Source: the human T2T-CHM13v2.0 reference genome, Homo sapiens. Taken from it: a stretch of DNA of 64,000 nt. This document shows, piece by piece, positions 13,531 through 30,954 of this stretch (position 1 is the first letter of the stretch; every line of letters begins with the position of its first letter). The stretch is taken from assembly GCF_009914755.1 (NCBI RefSeq), contig NC_060925.1; one strand, given 5' to 3'. A program made the translations under genes and the position numbers. The notes under the pieces were generated by a model. The model was not told where the DNA came from and did no database searches. It saw only the letters and a program-made list of their open reading frames with translations.

Positions 13531-13998
13531 TGTATTAAGTTTTCTCTTGCTGCTGTAACAAATCACAGTGGCTTAAAACAATGCAAATTTATCTTACAGT
13601 TCAGTAGATTAGAGGCCTAACAGATGTCACTGAGCTAAAACCAAGAAGTTGATAGGGCTTTGTTCCTTTCTGAAGGTTTTAAAGGAGAATTTGTTTCCTT
13701 GATTTTTTCAGTTTCTGGGGGCCACCACAACCTTTCCTTCATCTTCAAAGACAGCAACATTGATTGCATTCCCGCTGACCTTCTTCTGTCATCACGTCTC
13801 TCTCCCAGACCACAGCTGGAAAAGATCTTTTACTTTTTAGTACCCCATGTGATTAGACTGGGCCCAATAAGATTATCCAGGATAATCTCTCCATCTGAAA
13901 ATCCCCATTGTAATCACATCTGGAAAATCTCTTTTGCCATGTTAGGTAACACATTCACAGGTTCCAGGGATTGGGGTGTGCACAAATTTCTGGGACTA
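13531..13998 (-). mobile_element. MaLR solo LTR (MLT1 family)
   Basis: tgtattaagttttc..ttgctgctgtaacaaat..ggcttaaaacaa...aggtaacacattcacaggttccagggatt. Confidence 0.85.
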
Positions 13999-16900
13999 TT
14001 GTTCTGCCTACTGCACTACTTAGTAAACTCTTATTTTAAAAACAGAATGAAGGAAACTCTTGCTTCTTTATCTTTATAGATAGAGGGAGCACACTTTTCC
14101 CTATTCTTCCTGCTAAATTCAACTAAAAACACTGGAAATTTTAGAAAACAACAAACATAAGCAGTCTTTGAAAGGTGAAGAGAAGGAATGGGTATATATA
14201 TATATTCCAGATATGGAGCTGAAGAAGTCAGCAACCTGGGAACACTGATGGGCACAGGCAAGAAAAAAATCCCCAAAAGAAGCCTCCTCTCTTTAGCCAA
14301 ATGACCAGGAAAAGCATAGCCTTGAAAGAAAGAAAGCTTTTAGATGGCAGCCATTCTACTCCAGCCAAGCACAGAAAAAATTGTAGCCCCACCCATGTGA
14401 CAAAGGCCTAGAGGGAGCCTAGTCTTACACCCTCACTAGGCTGTAACAAGGTGTCCCAAATCCCTGACCTTTCACTGTGTATGGTGTCAGAGAAGGCCCA
14501 GCAGGCAGGCAGGACTTTCATCCCTACCAAACATAATGATAGTGGTCCCCTTCCTACAGTGTCAGTGGAGACCAGCTGGGGATCCTGGAATTCCAACCTA
14601 TCCAGTAGTAACAAAGTATACCTCCCTCTTCCCACTGGAGTAGTCAGAGTTGGACTGGTGAAGAGTCAAAACTTTTATCACTCCCCAGCAGTAATGAGAA
14701 CAACCTCCACTCTGTTGTGTCAGTGTAGGCCACATGTGTAGCACTAATGAAGCATTCTTATATCTCCTAGCCATGGTGTTGTCAATGGAAACCAGAGCTC
14801 CTATCACTGCCCCATGGTAATGAAGACACAACTTCCCCTGATGTCATTGGAGGTCAAGTGGCAAATATAGACTTCTACTCCCGCCTGGAAATAATCAGGC
14901 AGTGACTCCCACTTTCCCCTGCCAGAACAGTGTCAAACAAAGCCTGCTAAAATGGAAGTTTAGAAAAGATCCAGACTCTTACAATACCCCAAATGTCCAG
15001 GTTTCAATTGAAAGTCACTCATAATACCAAGAACCACGAAAATGTTAACTTGAATGGAAAAAAGCCCCTATACACCAACATCAATGTTAGAATTATCTGA
15101 CAAAGAGTTTAAAGCAAACATCATAAAAATCATTCAACAAGTATTTATGAACACACTTGAAACAAATGAAAAAATAGAAAGTATCATCAAAGGAATAGAA
15201 AGTCTTAGCTAATGAATAGAAAGTCTTAGCAAATGAAAAGAAAAACCAAATGGAAATTTTAGGAGTGAAAAACATAACTAAAATTTAAAACTCAATGGAT
15301 GGGCTCAACAGCAGAATGGAAGAAAAATAAATCAGTAAACTGGAAGAGAGAACAATGGAAATAACCCAATCTTTAAAACAGACAGAAAAGTCTGAAAAAA
15401 ATGAAGACTCTCAAAAACCTCTGCAACCATAACAACATATGTACCATTCATATCATTATCATCCGAGGATTGGAGGAACGGGGTGAGCCTGAAAAAGTAC
15501 TTAAAGAAATAATAGCTGAAAACTTCCAAAATTTGGCAAAGGACAATAGCAAACATATTCAAGAAATGAATAAATCACAATGATGATAAACTCAAAGAAA
15601 TGCACACCAAGACACACCATACTAAAATTTCTAAAAACAGAAGACCAAAAAAAAAAAAAAAAATCTAGAAAGCAGCAAGAGAGAAATGACACCTTATCTT
15701 TAGGGGGAAAATACTTTGAATAGCAGCAGATTTCTCATTAGAAACCCTAGAGGCCAGAAAAAAGTGGCACACATTCTCTGGGTTCTGAGTGGAAAGAATG
15801 GTCAATGCAGAATTCTATACCCAGTGAATTTTCCTATGGGAATAATTCTATACCCAGTGAATTATCCTATAGGAATAAAGAGGAAATTAAGATGTAGTAT
15901 TCTCAGATGAAGGAATACTAAGAATTTGTCTCAAAAAAAAAAAGTCTTCCCTAAAGAATGGCTAAAGGCAGTTCTCTAAACAGGAAGAAAATGAGAAAGG
16001 AATTTTAGAACATCTGAAAGGAAAAAAGAACAATGGGAAGAGAGAAAATAAAGATAAATAGAATATACTTCTTATTCTTTTGAGTTTTCTTCATTACGAT
16101 TGACAGTTAAAGCAAAAATTATTACATTGTCTGATATAGTTTTAAATGTCTAAATATTAAATGTTTATATATCTAAATATCTTTCTAAATACTTAGAAAA
16201 AATATTTAAGGCAAATATAAATGGGGGTGGAATCTAAAGGGAGGTAAGGTTTCTACGCTTTACTTGAACTGGTAAAATGTCAACATCTATGGACTATTGT
16301 GTATGCATAATGGAATATGTAAATTAAATAATAAAAAAGCTGCACATAAACTCAAAACACTACAGGTAAATTAAAGCAGAATGGTAAAAAAAATGTTTGG
16401 AAAAGCAGCAAGAAAGCAGGAAGAAGATAAGAGTGAAATATAAGATAGATAAGATAGAATAAGCAGAAAAGAACAGCAGACTTAAGGGCTAACATGCGAA
16501 TAAAAAATTAAATACAAATGGTCTACATATACCAATTTAGAGATAAAGACTGACAAAAAAAATTGGATTAAAAAACATGACTCAAACATATGATGTCTAC
16601 AATAAATTTATTTCAAATATACAATGTAGATAGGTTGAAAGTAAACAAATAAAAAAAGATATAGCAGGCAAACATTAACCAAAAGAAAGCAGGAGGGGCT
16701 ATATCAATATCATATAAAGTTGACTTCAGAACAAAGAAAATTACCAGGGATATATAGCAACATTATGTCATGATTGTACCAAGAAGACATAGCAATAATT
16801 AATGTTTATGCAAAAAAACAAGGCTATAAAATATGTAAAGTAAAAATTATTAGAATTGAAAAGAGAAATAATGGTTATATAAAATTTTGATGGAATAAAG

Positions 16901-18211
16901 AGACAGAAAATCAGCAAGGGTATATATGAACTCAACAACATCATCAACTAAAAAGATGTAACTAATATTTATATAATATTCCACCTAATAACAGCAGAAT
17001 ACACATCCCAGGCCATACAACAAACCTTGACAAATTTAAAAGAAGAGAAATCATAGTGTGTTAAAAGAAGAGAAATCATAGTGTCTTCTCCAATTACAGT
17101 GGAATCAAGCTAGAAATCAATAATGGAAAGACAACAGGAAGATCTCCAAACACTTAGAATCTTAAAAAAACAAAATGCTGTAAATAATCTGTGTCAAAGA
17201 GGAAGTCTCAAGGGAAATAAAAAATGTATTTAATAATGAAAACAAAACACAACATATCAAAATTTGTGGGATACAGATAAAGCAGCACTGAGAGGAAAAT
17301 TTACAGCATTAAATGTATACATTAGAAAAGAAGGAAAGTCAAGTCAATAATCTAAGTTCCCAAATTGAGAATATAGAAGAGAAAAAAGAGCAAAATAAAC
17401 TTAAAGCAATGAGAAGGAAGAAAATAGAAGAGAAGTAAATGAAGTTAGAAACAAGTCAGTGATATAAAGAATTTCTTCCTTGACAAGATTAACAAAATTG
17501 ACAATCTTCCAGCAGACTGACAAAGACAAAAAGAGAGAAAAAATAAATTATCAAAATCAGGAGTAAAATAGTAGTTACTACAGATCCTACAGACGTCAAA
17601 GTGATAATAACAAACAACTCTACATAACATAAATCTCACAACTTAGATAAAATAAACCAATTACTTAAAAACAACTATTAAAAATTATATTATGCTATTA
17701 ATAATATAATTTGAATATTAAGAAAATTAAATGTGTAATTTAAAAAACTCACCCACAAAAAATCACCAAGCATGGATGGTTTCACTAAAGAATTCAACCA
17801 GAAACTTAAAGAAGAATTGTCACTAATTCTACATAACCTTTTCCAAAAATAGAAAAGGAAAGAATACTTGCTCATTCATTTTATGAAACTATTATAATAA
17901 AGTGAAACAAAGTGCAAAAAAGAAAGCTACAAATCAATATCTCTCATCAACATCAACATAAAAATCCTTAGCAAAATATTACAACACAGAATTCAGCAAT
18001 ATATAAAAAGAATTATTATACACAATGACCAATTGAAGTTTATTCTAGGATAAAAGAGTTCTTCAATATTAAAAAATCAATCAAAGTAATCCATACGTTT
18101 AGGCCAATGAAAAAAAATCACATGATCATATCAATCAATGCAGAAAAATCACTTGACAAATCAACCATTTATTAAAAAAAAAATCTCTCAGAAAAATAGA
18201 AACAAGCAGGG

Positions 18212-19212
18212 TGTTACGGACAGAATGATTGTGTCCCTATAAACTCATGTGTTGAAATTCTAACCCCCAATGTAATGGTGATTAGGAGGTAGGACCTTTG
18301 GCAGATAATTAACTCATGAGAGTGGAGCCCTCATGAATGAGATTAGTGTCCTGAAAAAGATACCCCCAGAGAGCTCTTTTGCTCTGTGTCTGCCATGTAA
18401 GGATACAAGAAGTTAGCAATCTGCAACATGGAAGAGGGCTGTTATGATTTTTATTGTTATAACTTCTTTCTAATTTGGTCTTGAGCTCTCTCAGTCAAGT
18501 AGCTAAAGCCAAGATAGCTACTCTCTAGAAGGGCCCTGACCAGGAGGAATGGTAAATTCAGGTGTGTTGGTTAGGTGAGACACCATGAGGAAGTGAAACC
18601 AAAATGCACAAAACAGCAAAAACGTATTACTCACAGGTCTCAGAGAAATTATTGGTTATTATTCTCCTAACAAGAAGCTGATGAGAAGCACAGAGGAGGC
18701 AAAGAATTCAATCACCAGGAAGGGCGTGAGAAAGAGAGAAGACATGCAGAACTATGCCTCATGGGCATTACCCCTTGGGCTTTCCCACAGGTTTATGGAT
18801 TGACGAGCTTAAAGAAAACACGGCTGAGTCAGGGAACTTACATGATTCTAGTGTTGACCATTAGGTTTTATCATGGTCAGCAGCTGTAGGGTATATTGAG
18901 TTTTAGGCCTGTGAGATGAGGAACAAGTGGGCTCTATGGCACACAACCACATAGCAAAGGGAAGTTTTAACTAGGCTAAAGGTGATGGGGGTACAACACA
19001 GTTTCAAACAACTTATGTCAGACCTAACAGTGAATGCCAAGGCAGCAACTATGTTAAACAAATTTCCAACAAGTGTCCCACACCAGAACCCAACCATTCT
19101 GGCACTCTGATCTCGAACTTCTAGCCTCTAAACCATGAAAAATAAATTTCTGTTATTTATAAACCCCCAGGCCTAGGGTACTTTGTTGCAGCAGCCCAAA
19201 CTGACTAAGACA
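18212..19212 (+). mobile_element. MLT1A-like LTR, split by a nested LTR
   Basis: tgttacggacagaatgattgtgtccc... resumes at 19072 and ends ctgactaagaca. Confidence 0.85.
18440..19071 (-). mobile_element. ERVL-class solo LTR (MER73-like, tentative)
   Basis: TG...CA termini, 632 bp, interrupts the MLT1A exactly. Confidence 0.7.
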
Positions 19213-19599
19213 AGGATGTCCCTCAACTTGATAAAAATCATCTACAAAAAAACTACTGGTAACATTATACCTCATGCAGAAAGACTGAATTGTTTCTTAC
19301 AATCAAGAACAAAGGCAAGAATGTCTGCTGTCACCACTCTTACTGAATATAGTGATAGAAGTTCTAGCAGAGCAATAAAGCCAAAAAAAGGAAATAAAAG
19401 GCATGTAGATCAGATAGAAAAAAAATGATACTGTCCCTAAATGCAGTTGACATGATTGTGTATGTTGAAAATCCCAAGGAACACAAAAATACTCTTAGAA
19501 CTGATGTGTGTATTCAGCAAGGTCACCACATACAAGAAAAACATAGAAGAATCTACTGTATTTCTAAATACTACCAATAAACAGGTGGACACCAAATTA

Positions 19600-19986
<387 letters not shown>

Positions 19987-20024
19987 CTACAAAATGCTGA
20001 TTTTAAAAGGTTGAAGAAGATCTT

Positions 20025-20341
20025 GGCCGGGTGCAGTGGCTCACACCTGTAATCCCAGCACTGGGAGGCGGAGGCAGGCAGATCACCTGAGATCAGGAGT
20101 TCGAGACCAGCCTGGCCAGCATGGTGAAACCCCGTCACTATTAAGAATACAAAAATTAGCCAGGCTTGGTGGTGTGCACCTGTAATCCCAGCTATTCGGG
20201 AGCTGAGGCAGGAGAATGGCTTGAACCCGGGAGGAGGCAGAGATTGCATTGAGCCAAGATCATGCCACTGTACTCCAGCCTGGGTGGCAGAGCAAGACTC
20301 TGTCTCAAAATAAATATGTAAATAAAAATAAAAATTAAAAA
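20025..20341 (+). mobile_element. Alu (AluS-like)
   Basis: Dimer. Confidence 0.95.
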
Positions 20342-20434
20342 AGTTCAAAGATCTAAATAAATGAGATCTAAATAAATGGAGAGACATTCCATGTTCACAG
20401 ATTGAAAGACTTAACACAGTAAAGATATCAATTC

Positions 20435-20966
20435 TTTTTGCACTTAATGCTTTGATATCCTAGGGCCTTGCTAACCCTGGAGGAACTGCCCCCACTAGCA
20501 TTAGCCAATTCCTAAAGATAGTAAAGGATTCACCTGATAGCATACCTTCCATATGCAAACCAATCAACCAGAGACCATAACCCAACTGCCTCCTTAACAA
20601 AGCTTTCCCACTCAGTCACTAGTTTCCCTTGCCCTAATTACCCAGGGCCAGCTACCAGACAAGTAGGAATATCTGCTAAACCCCAGAACCCACTGAAATT
20701 ACTCAGACTAGCCAATCCTAAACTTGCCTACCTTGCCTCACCATTCCTTTCCCTAGTAACCACAATAAAGGCTCTTGCCCATGTTTTCCCCATCACTCTC
20801 TCTGCCTTCTGACCAACTCTGATACTTACATATGTAGTTCATGGCATGAAATGCCTCCTTCTGAGATCTGTGAGTATAATAATAAGCTATCTTTGCAATG
20901 GCAATCATCTCCTGATCTGTTGGTTTTGCCATACCTCAATAAGAACAAAACCTACATTTTAAAACA
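20435..20966 (+). mobile_element. ERVL-class LTR, 5'-truncated (MER74/LTR47-like, tentative)
   Basis: gggccttgctaaccctggagg..agccaattccta..; aataaa near 20764; ends ttttaaaaca. Confidence 0.7.
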
Positions 20967-21326
20967 ATGTTGTCTGCTTTCAATATAAAGATACAAATAC
21001 AATAAAATTAAAGAAATGGAGAAAGATATACTATCTACACACTAATCAAAGAAGCTGGAGTAGCTATATTTAATTACAGGTGAAGCAGGCTTCAGAGCAA
21101 AGAAAATTATCCGAGATAAAGAGGGGCATTACATATGAAAAATGGGTCAATTCTCCAAGAAGACATAATAATCTTAAATGCTTATGGTGCAAAAAACAAG
21201 ACTACAAAATATGTAAAGCCCACTGATAGAGTTGAAAGCACAAGTCCATTATTACAGATGGAGACTTAACACTCCTCTATATCAGTAATTAACAGATCAA
21301 CAGACAGAAAATCAGTAAAGATATAG

Positions 21327-21636
<310 letters not shown>

Positions 21637-21690
21637 AAAAGATACACTTGAATATCACCAGCAATCAACTGGATCTAAATAACACTTATA

Positions 21691-22025
<335 letters not shown>

Positions 22026-22671
22026 TTATCAACAAATAAACATTTTTCTCAAGCTCACATGGCACATTCACCAAGATAGACTATATTCTGGGTCATAAAA
22101 CACATTTGAAAAATTTAAAAGAATAGAAATCATATACAGTCTCAGAACACAAAGGAATTAAATTAGAATTAAATAAAAGAAAGATAGTTGGACAATCCCA
22201 AAATATTTGAGATTAAACAAAACATTTATAAATAACAAATAGGTCAAAGAAGAAGTCTCAAATGAAATTTTGAAATATTTTGAACTAAATGAAAAGGAAA
22301 ATACAACTTATCAAAATTTGTGTGGCACAGCAAAAACAGTTCTTAGAGAAAAATTTTAACATTGAACACATATATTGGAAAAGAAGAAAGATCTAAAATC
22401 AGTAATATAAGCTTCCACCTTAGGACACTAGAGAAAGAAAATAAACATAAACCTAAAGCAAGCAGAAAAAAAGAAAAGTTTGAAATCAATGACATCAAAA
22501 ACAAAACATCATTAGAGAAAATTAATAAAATCAAAAGTTAGTTCTTTGAAAATATCAATGAAATTCATAATTTTTAGCCAGGCTAACCAAGAAAAAAAGA
22601 AAGAACATTTAAAATTGCCAGTATGAGAAATGGAAGAAGTGTCATCACTACTGATTCCATGGACCTAAGAG

Positions 22672-23010
22672 AATTCATGTCCTTTGTAGGGACATGGATG
22701 AAGCTGGAAACCATCATTCACAGCAAACTATCACAAGGAGAAAAAACCAAACACCACATGTTCTCACTCATAGGTGGGAACTGAACAATGAAAACACTTG
22801 GACACAGGAAGGGGAACATCATACACTGGGGCCTGTTGTGGGGTGGGGGGAGGGGGGAGGGATAGTATTAGGAGATATACCTAATGTAAATGATGAGTTA
22901 ATGGGTGCAGCACACCAACTTGGCACATGTATACATATGTAACAAAACTGCACGTTGTGCACATGTGCCCTATAACTTAAAGTATAATAAAAAAGAAAAA
23001 AAAAGAAAAG
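22672..23010 (+). mobile_element. Short 5'-truncated primate L1PA 3' end
   Basis: DEAGNHHSQQT.. / gggtggggggaggggggagggatag / acttaaagtataataa plus A tail. Confidence 0.95.
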
Positions 23011-23038
23011 AAATAATGTTAAAGACTCTGCCCACAAA

Positions 23039-23388
<350 letters not shown>

Positions 23389-23750
23389 TTCTGCCCACAA
23401 AATGTATAACTTAGATTGAAATGGAACAATTCCTTAAAAGGCACAAACTACCAAAACTCACTCAAGGAAAAATGGATAATCTGAATTGGCCTATATCTAT
23501 TAAAGAAGCTGAGTCAATAATTAATAACCTTCCAAAATAGAAAGCATCATGCTTTCACTGGTGAATTCTACCAAATACTAAAGGTAAAAATATCATTTTT
23601 ATACAATCTATTTCAGAAAATAGGTGAAGAGAAAATACTTTCCAACTCATTTTATTAGGCTAGCATTACCCTAACTCCAAAACCAGATGAAGACATTATA
23701 AGAAAGGAAAATTACAGAACAATATCTCACATGAAAGTAATGCAAAAATT

Positions 23751-24076
<326 letters not shown>

Positions 24077-27000
24077 TTAGCAAATAGAATCCACCAATGT
24101 ATAAAAAGAATTATACAACATAATCAAATGGCGTTTTTTCAAGGTATGCAAAGCTGGTTCAACATTCAGGATCCAATTAATGTAATCCATCACATCAACA
24201 AGCTAAAAAAGAAAAATACATCAATAGACACAGAAAAAGTACTTGACGAAATTCATTGCACATTCATGATAAAAACTCCCAGCAAATTAGGAAGAGAAGG
24301 GGAACTTCCTGAACTTGATAAGGTACAGCTATATAAAACCTACAATTAACATCATACATAATGGTGAGAAACTGAAAACTTTCCCCTAAGATCAGTAATA
24401 AGGTTAGGATATCCCTTCTCACACAGGAGAAAATGGTGATAAGTTTTTAGATATAGCATCAAAAACACAATGTAAAAAAGAAAAAAATTGATAAATTAGA
24501 CTTTATTTAAATTAAAAATGTATCATCTATGAAAAACCCTGCTAATAAAAATGAAGAGAGAAGCCATAGACTAGGAGAAAGTACATACATATATCCGATA
24601 AAGAACTAAATTGTACATAGGACCCTTAAAACTCAATAAGAAAACAAACAGCCAAATTTTTAAAAGGGCAAAACATCCACATAGATATCTCACCAAAAAA
24701 GATATAAAGATGCTCAATATCACATTAGGGGGTTGTAAATTAAAACAATAATGAGCTACCACTACATACATATTTGAGTGGCTACAATCCAAAAAAACTA
24801 AAAATACCAAATGCTGGCAAGAATGAGAAACAGGAATGCTCACTCATTGCTAATGGAATGCAAAATAGTACAACCACTTTGGAAGACAGTTGGTAGTTTC
24901 GTAAAAGGCTAGGGATACTCTTACTGTATGATCCAAAAATCGGGCTCCTAGATATTGACTCAGATGAGTTGAAAACTTATGTCCACACAAAAACCTGCAC
25001 ATGAATGTTTATAACCGTTTTATTCGAAATTACAAAAAATTTGAAGCAGCCAAGATGTCCTTCAATAAGTGAATATATAACCAAACTGTGGTACACTCAT
25101 CCAATGGAATATTATTCAGTGACAAAAATAAATGAGCTGTTAAGCCATGAAAAAACATAGAGGAGGCTTAAGTGCATATCGTTTAGTAAAAGGAGCCAGT
25201 CTCAGAAGGTTACACATATTGTATGACTCCAACTATATGACAATGTGGAAAAGACGAAACTATAAAGACAATAAAAATAAAAATATCAGTGACTATCAAG
25301 GGTACAAGAGAAAGGAGAAATGATGAATAGGTGGTCCACAGGGGATATTTAGGACAGTGAAACTATTAATTTTTTGCTGTATAAAACTGTAATGGTAGAA
25401 ACATGCCGTTATGCATTTGTTAAAATACAAAGAACTATATAACACAAAGAATGGAACTTAATGTAAGCTATGGATTTTAATTAATAATAATGTATCAACA
25501 TTGGTTCACCAATTGTAACAAATATACCACATTAATGCAAAATATTAATAATAGGGGCCACTGTGCACAGAAAGTAGAGAGATGAAGGGATTTTATGGAG
25601 CTCTTGGTACTATATGCTCAATTTTTCTGTAAATCTAAAACTGTACTAGAAAATTCCATTAATCAATTTTCTAAACCTACAGCACTATTTCAGAATAAAA
25701 AATAATTTTTCTCTATCAACTGAGATATGGTCTTCATTCAAAGGCAAATATTATTGGACGTTTTCCCCCCTTGAGTATGATAAATAGAAGGTTAAATGCA
25801 ACTTGTATAATACATTCAAAGTTTAAATGGAATAAAAATATTTTTTAAATCAAATATGGACCATATTTAACTTTTTTTTCCTTTCTGTTTCTACTATAAA
25901 AACCTCAGAGTCAAAAGGACCTTAGAGGTAACTAGTCCTAGTTTTGATCTGAATTTCCTTTACATTTTCAATAAATCTGATTATTCAGCTTTGTTACCTA
26001 TTTTTTTCTATTTTTTAACTTTCTTTTCCTAGTTCTAGTTTCCCCTACTCCCTTGACTGGCTATAATAGTAAAATAAAGTATATCTTTATTTTCTATTGC
26101 AGTTATTGAATATGGTTTTATTGTCCCTTTTGGTTTTTAAAAGCACACCCATACACACATGAAATACTCTGAAAGATTCACAAATTGAGATTTATTTTTT
26201 GTGGGGGACTTTGCACTCGCACATTTTTGTAGGTCAATGGCCTTAATGGTGTGGAAAAGATCGATCTAATATAAAGTCCCAGTGTAATTTCCAGTCTAAG
26301 ATTGGATTGTTCTGAGCAGTTTTTGATAGCTTCTACAAGCAAACCTATTGTATAGACATTCATGCTTAACAAAAACAATGTTTCTTTAGTGATAACGAAT
26401 ATTAAATAATTTATTCTTCCCCTTCATTGTTCTCTTAGAAAATTAACTATTCCTCATTATAAACAACCTTCAGTAAAACATAGCTCTAGTTTACATGACC
26501 ATAAACATAGCTAAAGAACTATGGAATATAGGCCACTTATTGAAAGTTAAGATTCAAAGAGACTAGAAAATGAGATTTTAAAAAAGGAACAAGTCGAAAG
26601 GTCTTTGGGATCTATAGTCTCCTAAGGAAATGTAGTCAGTTATAAATAAGGGAATTGTTTTCCAGAAATTATTCTCTTTAAACTTGTTATTTCGAAATAC
26701 TTATACTTACTGATTTACTGAACTTGAAAATATTCCATTTGTCTTTGGGTCAAAATTAGTGAAAGTAGGAACATTTCCATTTAATTTTAAAAATTTGCCA
26801 AAACTTAAAAAAATGTATCAGGTTTTAGTTATTCTAAAATGAGGACCATCACCTAAATGCAGTAATATAATTTTGTAAGAAAAAGATACAACATTTCAGA
26901 ATAGGAAAAGTAAAAGTAGATAACCATAAACTATTCAGAAGTGGAATTGAACAAACTTCTCATAACTAGACTTAGTAAAGGTTCTTCCACATTGCAAAGT

Positions 27001-27086
27001 TTATTTGGAAAGCTACAACTTTGTATTGATTTTAATTATAACATTTCATCTTAAAAATTAAAATACTAGAAGCTAAAGTTGTAATG

Positions 27087-27283
27087 TAGGGTTTCTCAAC
27101 CATGGCAGTACACGTACTGACATTTTGGGTTGAAAATTCTTTGTTGCAGGGACTGTCCTGTGTACTGAAAGATTTTTTGCAGTATCCCCGGTAGATGCCC
27201 TCATAGTCATGAAAAACAAGAATGTCTCCAGACATCCAAATGTCCCCAGGGGAAGTAAAATAGCCCCAAATTAAGAGCCACTG
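27087..27283. mobile_element. MER20 (hAT) DNA transposon relic
   Basis: gggtttctcaacc..tgacattttggg..tgtctccagacat..ttaagagccactg. Confidence 0.8.
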
Positions 27284-27651
27284 TTGTTAATGTATAAATC
27301 CATTTTAAGTTGTCATAGAGCTAGTATACATCCTTTTTCTCATAAGTAATCTAATTGAACAAAAGGGAGATAGAAAATGATGGAACTCACATGTAGGAAA
27401 GAGAGCTTAAGAGCAAGTAAAGGTGCACTAGAGAAAGAGACAAACTGAAAATTCTTGACAGATATCCAAGAAAAATGTAAATTTTTCAGTTAAGTCCAAG
27501 ACCATGTGATAGAGTAATAGTGCTATTTCTGAGTAAAAGTTGTACTTTTCATGGTCCATTAGAAAGAAAACATTGTTAACTGCCAAAAAAGAATTTATTA
27601 AAAATGCCATGTTAAAGTCATTCAAAAAAACTAAAATAAATGAAATCTTAC

Positions 27652-27807
27652 TTTTTTCTGTAGTGCTCCCTGGCAATCTTTGGTCCTGATCTTTAGGAAG
27701 TACATTTGCTTTACTACTTGACTCAACCACAGATTGTTTTACTGATAAAGATACAAGTTCCATAGCATTGTAAGAATCATACAAATCCCAGGCAGTGGAC
27801 ATTATGC
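27652..27807 (-). CDS. DNAI4: DNAI4 coding exon (approx. exon 7), 156 nt, GIMSTAWDLYDSY...PGSTTEK
   Basis: Acceptor tttatctag|GC, donor AAAAA|gtaaga; overlaps ORF 27428..27802; phase 1 to 1. Confidence 0.96.
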
Positions 27808-27914
27808 CTAGATAAAGACACAGAAAGGTAAAAATTGTTTTAAACCAAATTCCAACATTTTAGCTTTATACATAACTAGTCACAGAAAAAGCTAAGATAA
27901 GAATATCTACTATT

Positions 27915-28090
27915 GCCTGATGCAGTTGCCCGTGCCAGCTACTTGGTCCACCTGAGGCAGGAGGATCACTTGAGGCCAGGAGTTAGAGGCAGTAGTGTGC
28001 TATGATGACACCTGAGAATAAATAGCCACTGCACTCTAGCCTAGACAACATGGTAAGACCCTCTCTTTAAAGAAATTAAAAATTAAAAAA
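27915..28090 (+). mobile_element. Old Alu monomer (FLAM/FAM-like)
   Basis: gaggcaggaggatcacttgaggccaggagtt..gccactgcactc. Confidence 0.85.
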
Positions 28091-28805
28091 GAATCTACTG
28101 TTTATTTTTAAAAACACTATTGTTTTACAATATAACTGGAAGTGGATAGAAATGACAAAGAAATACATCATGAGGATACCTCAAGAGATCCTTAGTCATC
28201 ACACTATTAGTATCTACAAACACTTTAATGCTTTAAGGATAACTCCAAATTATCTTCACAATATTTTCTGACCATCACACCTCCCTTCCCACTACCCCAC
28301 ACCTCTACAGCATAATCTCATTGGTCTGTCATTGTAGGGCTGCCTTGGTGATATGCATCTGGGCAAATATGTTATAAAAAGACTTTTATGTTCCTTTACT
28401 TATGATTAATACATAATATATTGTCAACAGGTATTTGCAAGCATCTGATTCCATTTTTATCAAGTAAAATTTCCTATACACTTATTATGTGAAAAGATTG
28501 CCCCTGCTGGGAAAATTGATAGACTCTGATCTCAAGAAGCTTGTATAGTAGTACGGTTATTATCGTCTCTTTTAAAATTATAGTTTAGGTTAAATTTATT
28601 CAAATCATCAAAAATATAACAATGGTTTGCAAACAAATATTGGCAATGTTATTTATCTTTAAATAATAACTTAAAAACTCCAAGTCTCTTCCACTGCTGA
28701 TTTATGTTTATGCAGCAATTATTTTATCAGCGATCATGTAACAATATATTTGTACATGCTAAATTTACCAATTTTTCAGTTAAAGGATGGTGATTTAATA
28801 AATAA

Positions 28806-29269
<464 letters not shown>

Positions 29270-30074
29270 TAAGAATGTTAACTCAAATTTCTTAATGATA
29301 TTTATATCTTAATGAACTTATCATAAGGCCATCTAACAAAGTCATGCACAGAATACCTAGTATATTTTGCTCAGTTGAAAAAAGTACATTTTCCATGTTC
29401 ATGAAGAGAACTTAGAAATTACATCTTTGAACACTGAATTACTCAACTTTCTTTTTCTTTTGTTTAACTGAAAGTTTAGTAAGTTTAGCATATAGGAACA
29501 TACTGTTACATGGTCATTAATAACTGTTACATAAATAAATACGCCTATTATAAATAAGCAATACAATATGTTTGGATAATTAAAAGTTGACTCTTATTTG
29601 TAGATAACAAATTACTGCTCATTTTAGTTTGGGTACTATAGTTACATTTGTTCATTTGAACAAGTTTAATTAACCTAAGAAACAAACTTTCAAACCTGTC
29701 AAATTGTATACATTAATAAGTGCAGTTTTGTATATAATTCTAACTCAATAAAGCTGTTAAAAAAGTCTCAAAATTCATGCCCTAATGTTATGTAAAAGAT
29801 GGGTAATAATGAATAATTGTGACTTCCCAATTTTATAATTATATGCTATTAAAGAAAGCTTATTTTAACTGGTATCAGAAAAGAAGCATTCCAAACTATG
29901 CCTTTTTTTTTAAGCATTTCTCAGTGTAATATATGTTTAAATAGTTGCTAAAAGGCAAAGAAACGCAGGTGTCAACAGATGGAGACTGGCTAGCAAGAGG
30001 TAATGCAGAGGTGATATGGGCAGTTCAGTTACAGCATCTGCTATAAAAGAAAAAACATTTAAAAGAGCAAGGTA

Positions 30075-30365
<291 letters not shown>

Positions 30366-30643
30366 TCAACCCAAAAGTTAGGAGAGTGGATACTTCTGTT
30401 AGAGGTGGCTAGAAGAAAGAGGGTTGTGATAGGACAGTGTACAGGGGGCTTCTAATCAACTGGGGATGTTCTATTTCTTATCCTGGCTGGTGAGTACATG
30501 GTATTGATTTTTTCTTTACACTACACATGTATGTGTTGTATGCTCTTCTGTTTGCGGTATATATTTCATAATAAAGTTTTTAAATAATGAAAGTTTACAC
30601 TAAAGAATTTAGATGCAAATTAAGTAAATATTAAGATTTTATG

Positions 30644-30954
<311 letters not shown>

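Noticed and set aside
14300-15000. Relatively GC-rich stretch as a candidate host promoter
   Set aside because: CpG-poor and sits directly upstream of L1 ORF1, so best explained as an old L1 5'UTR
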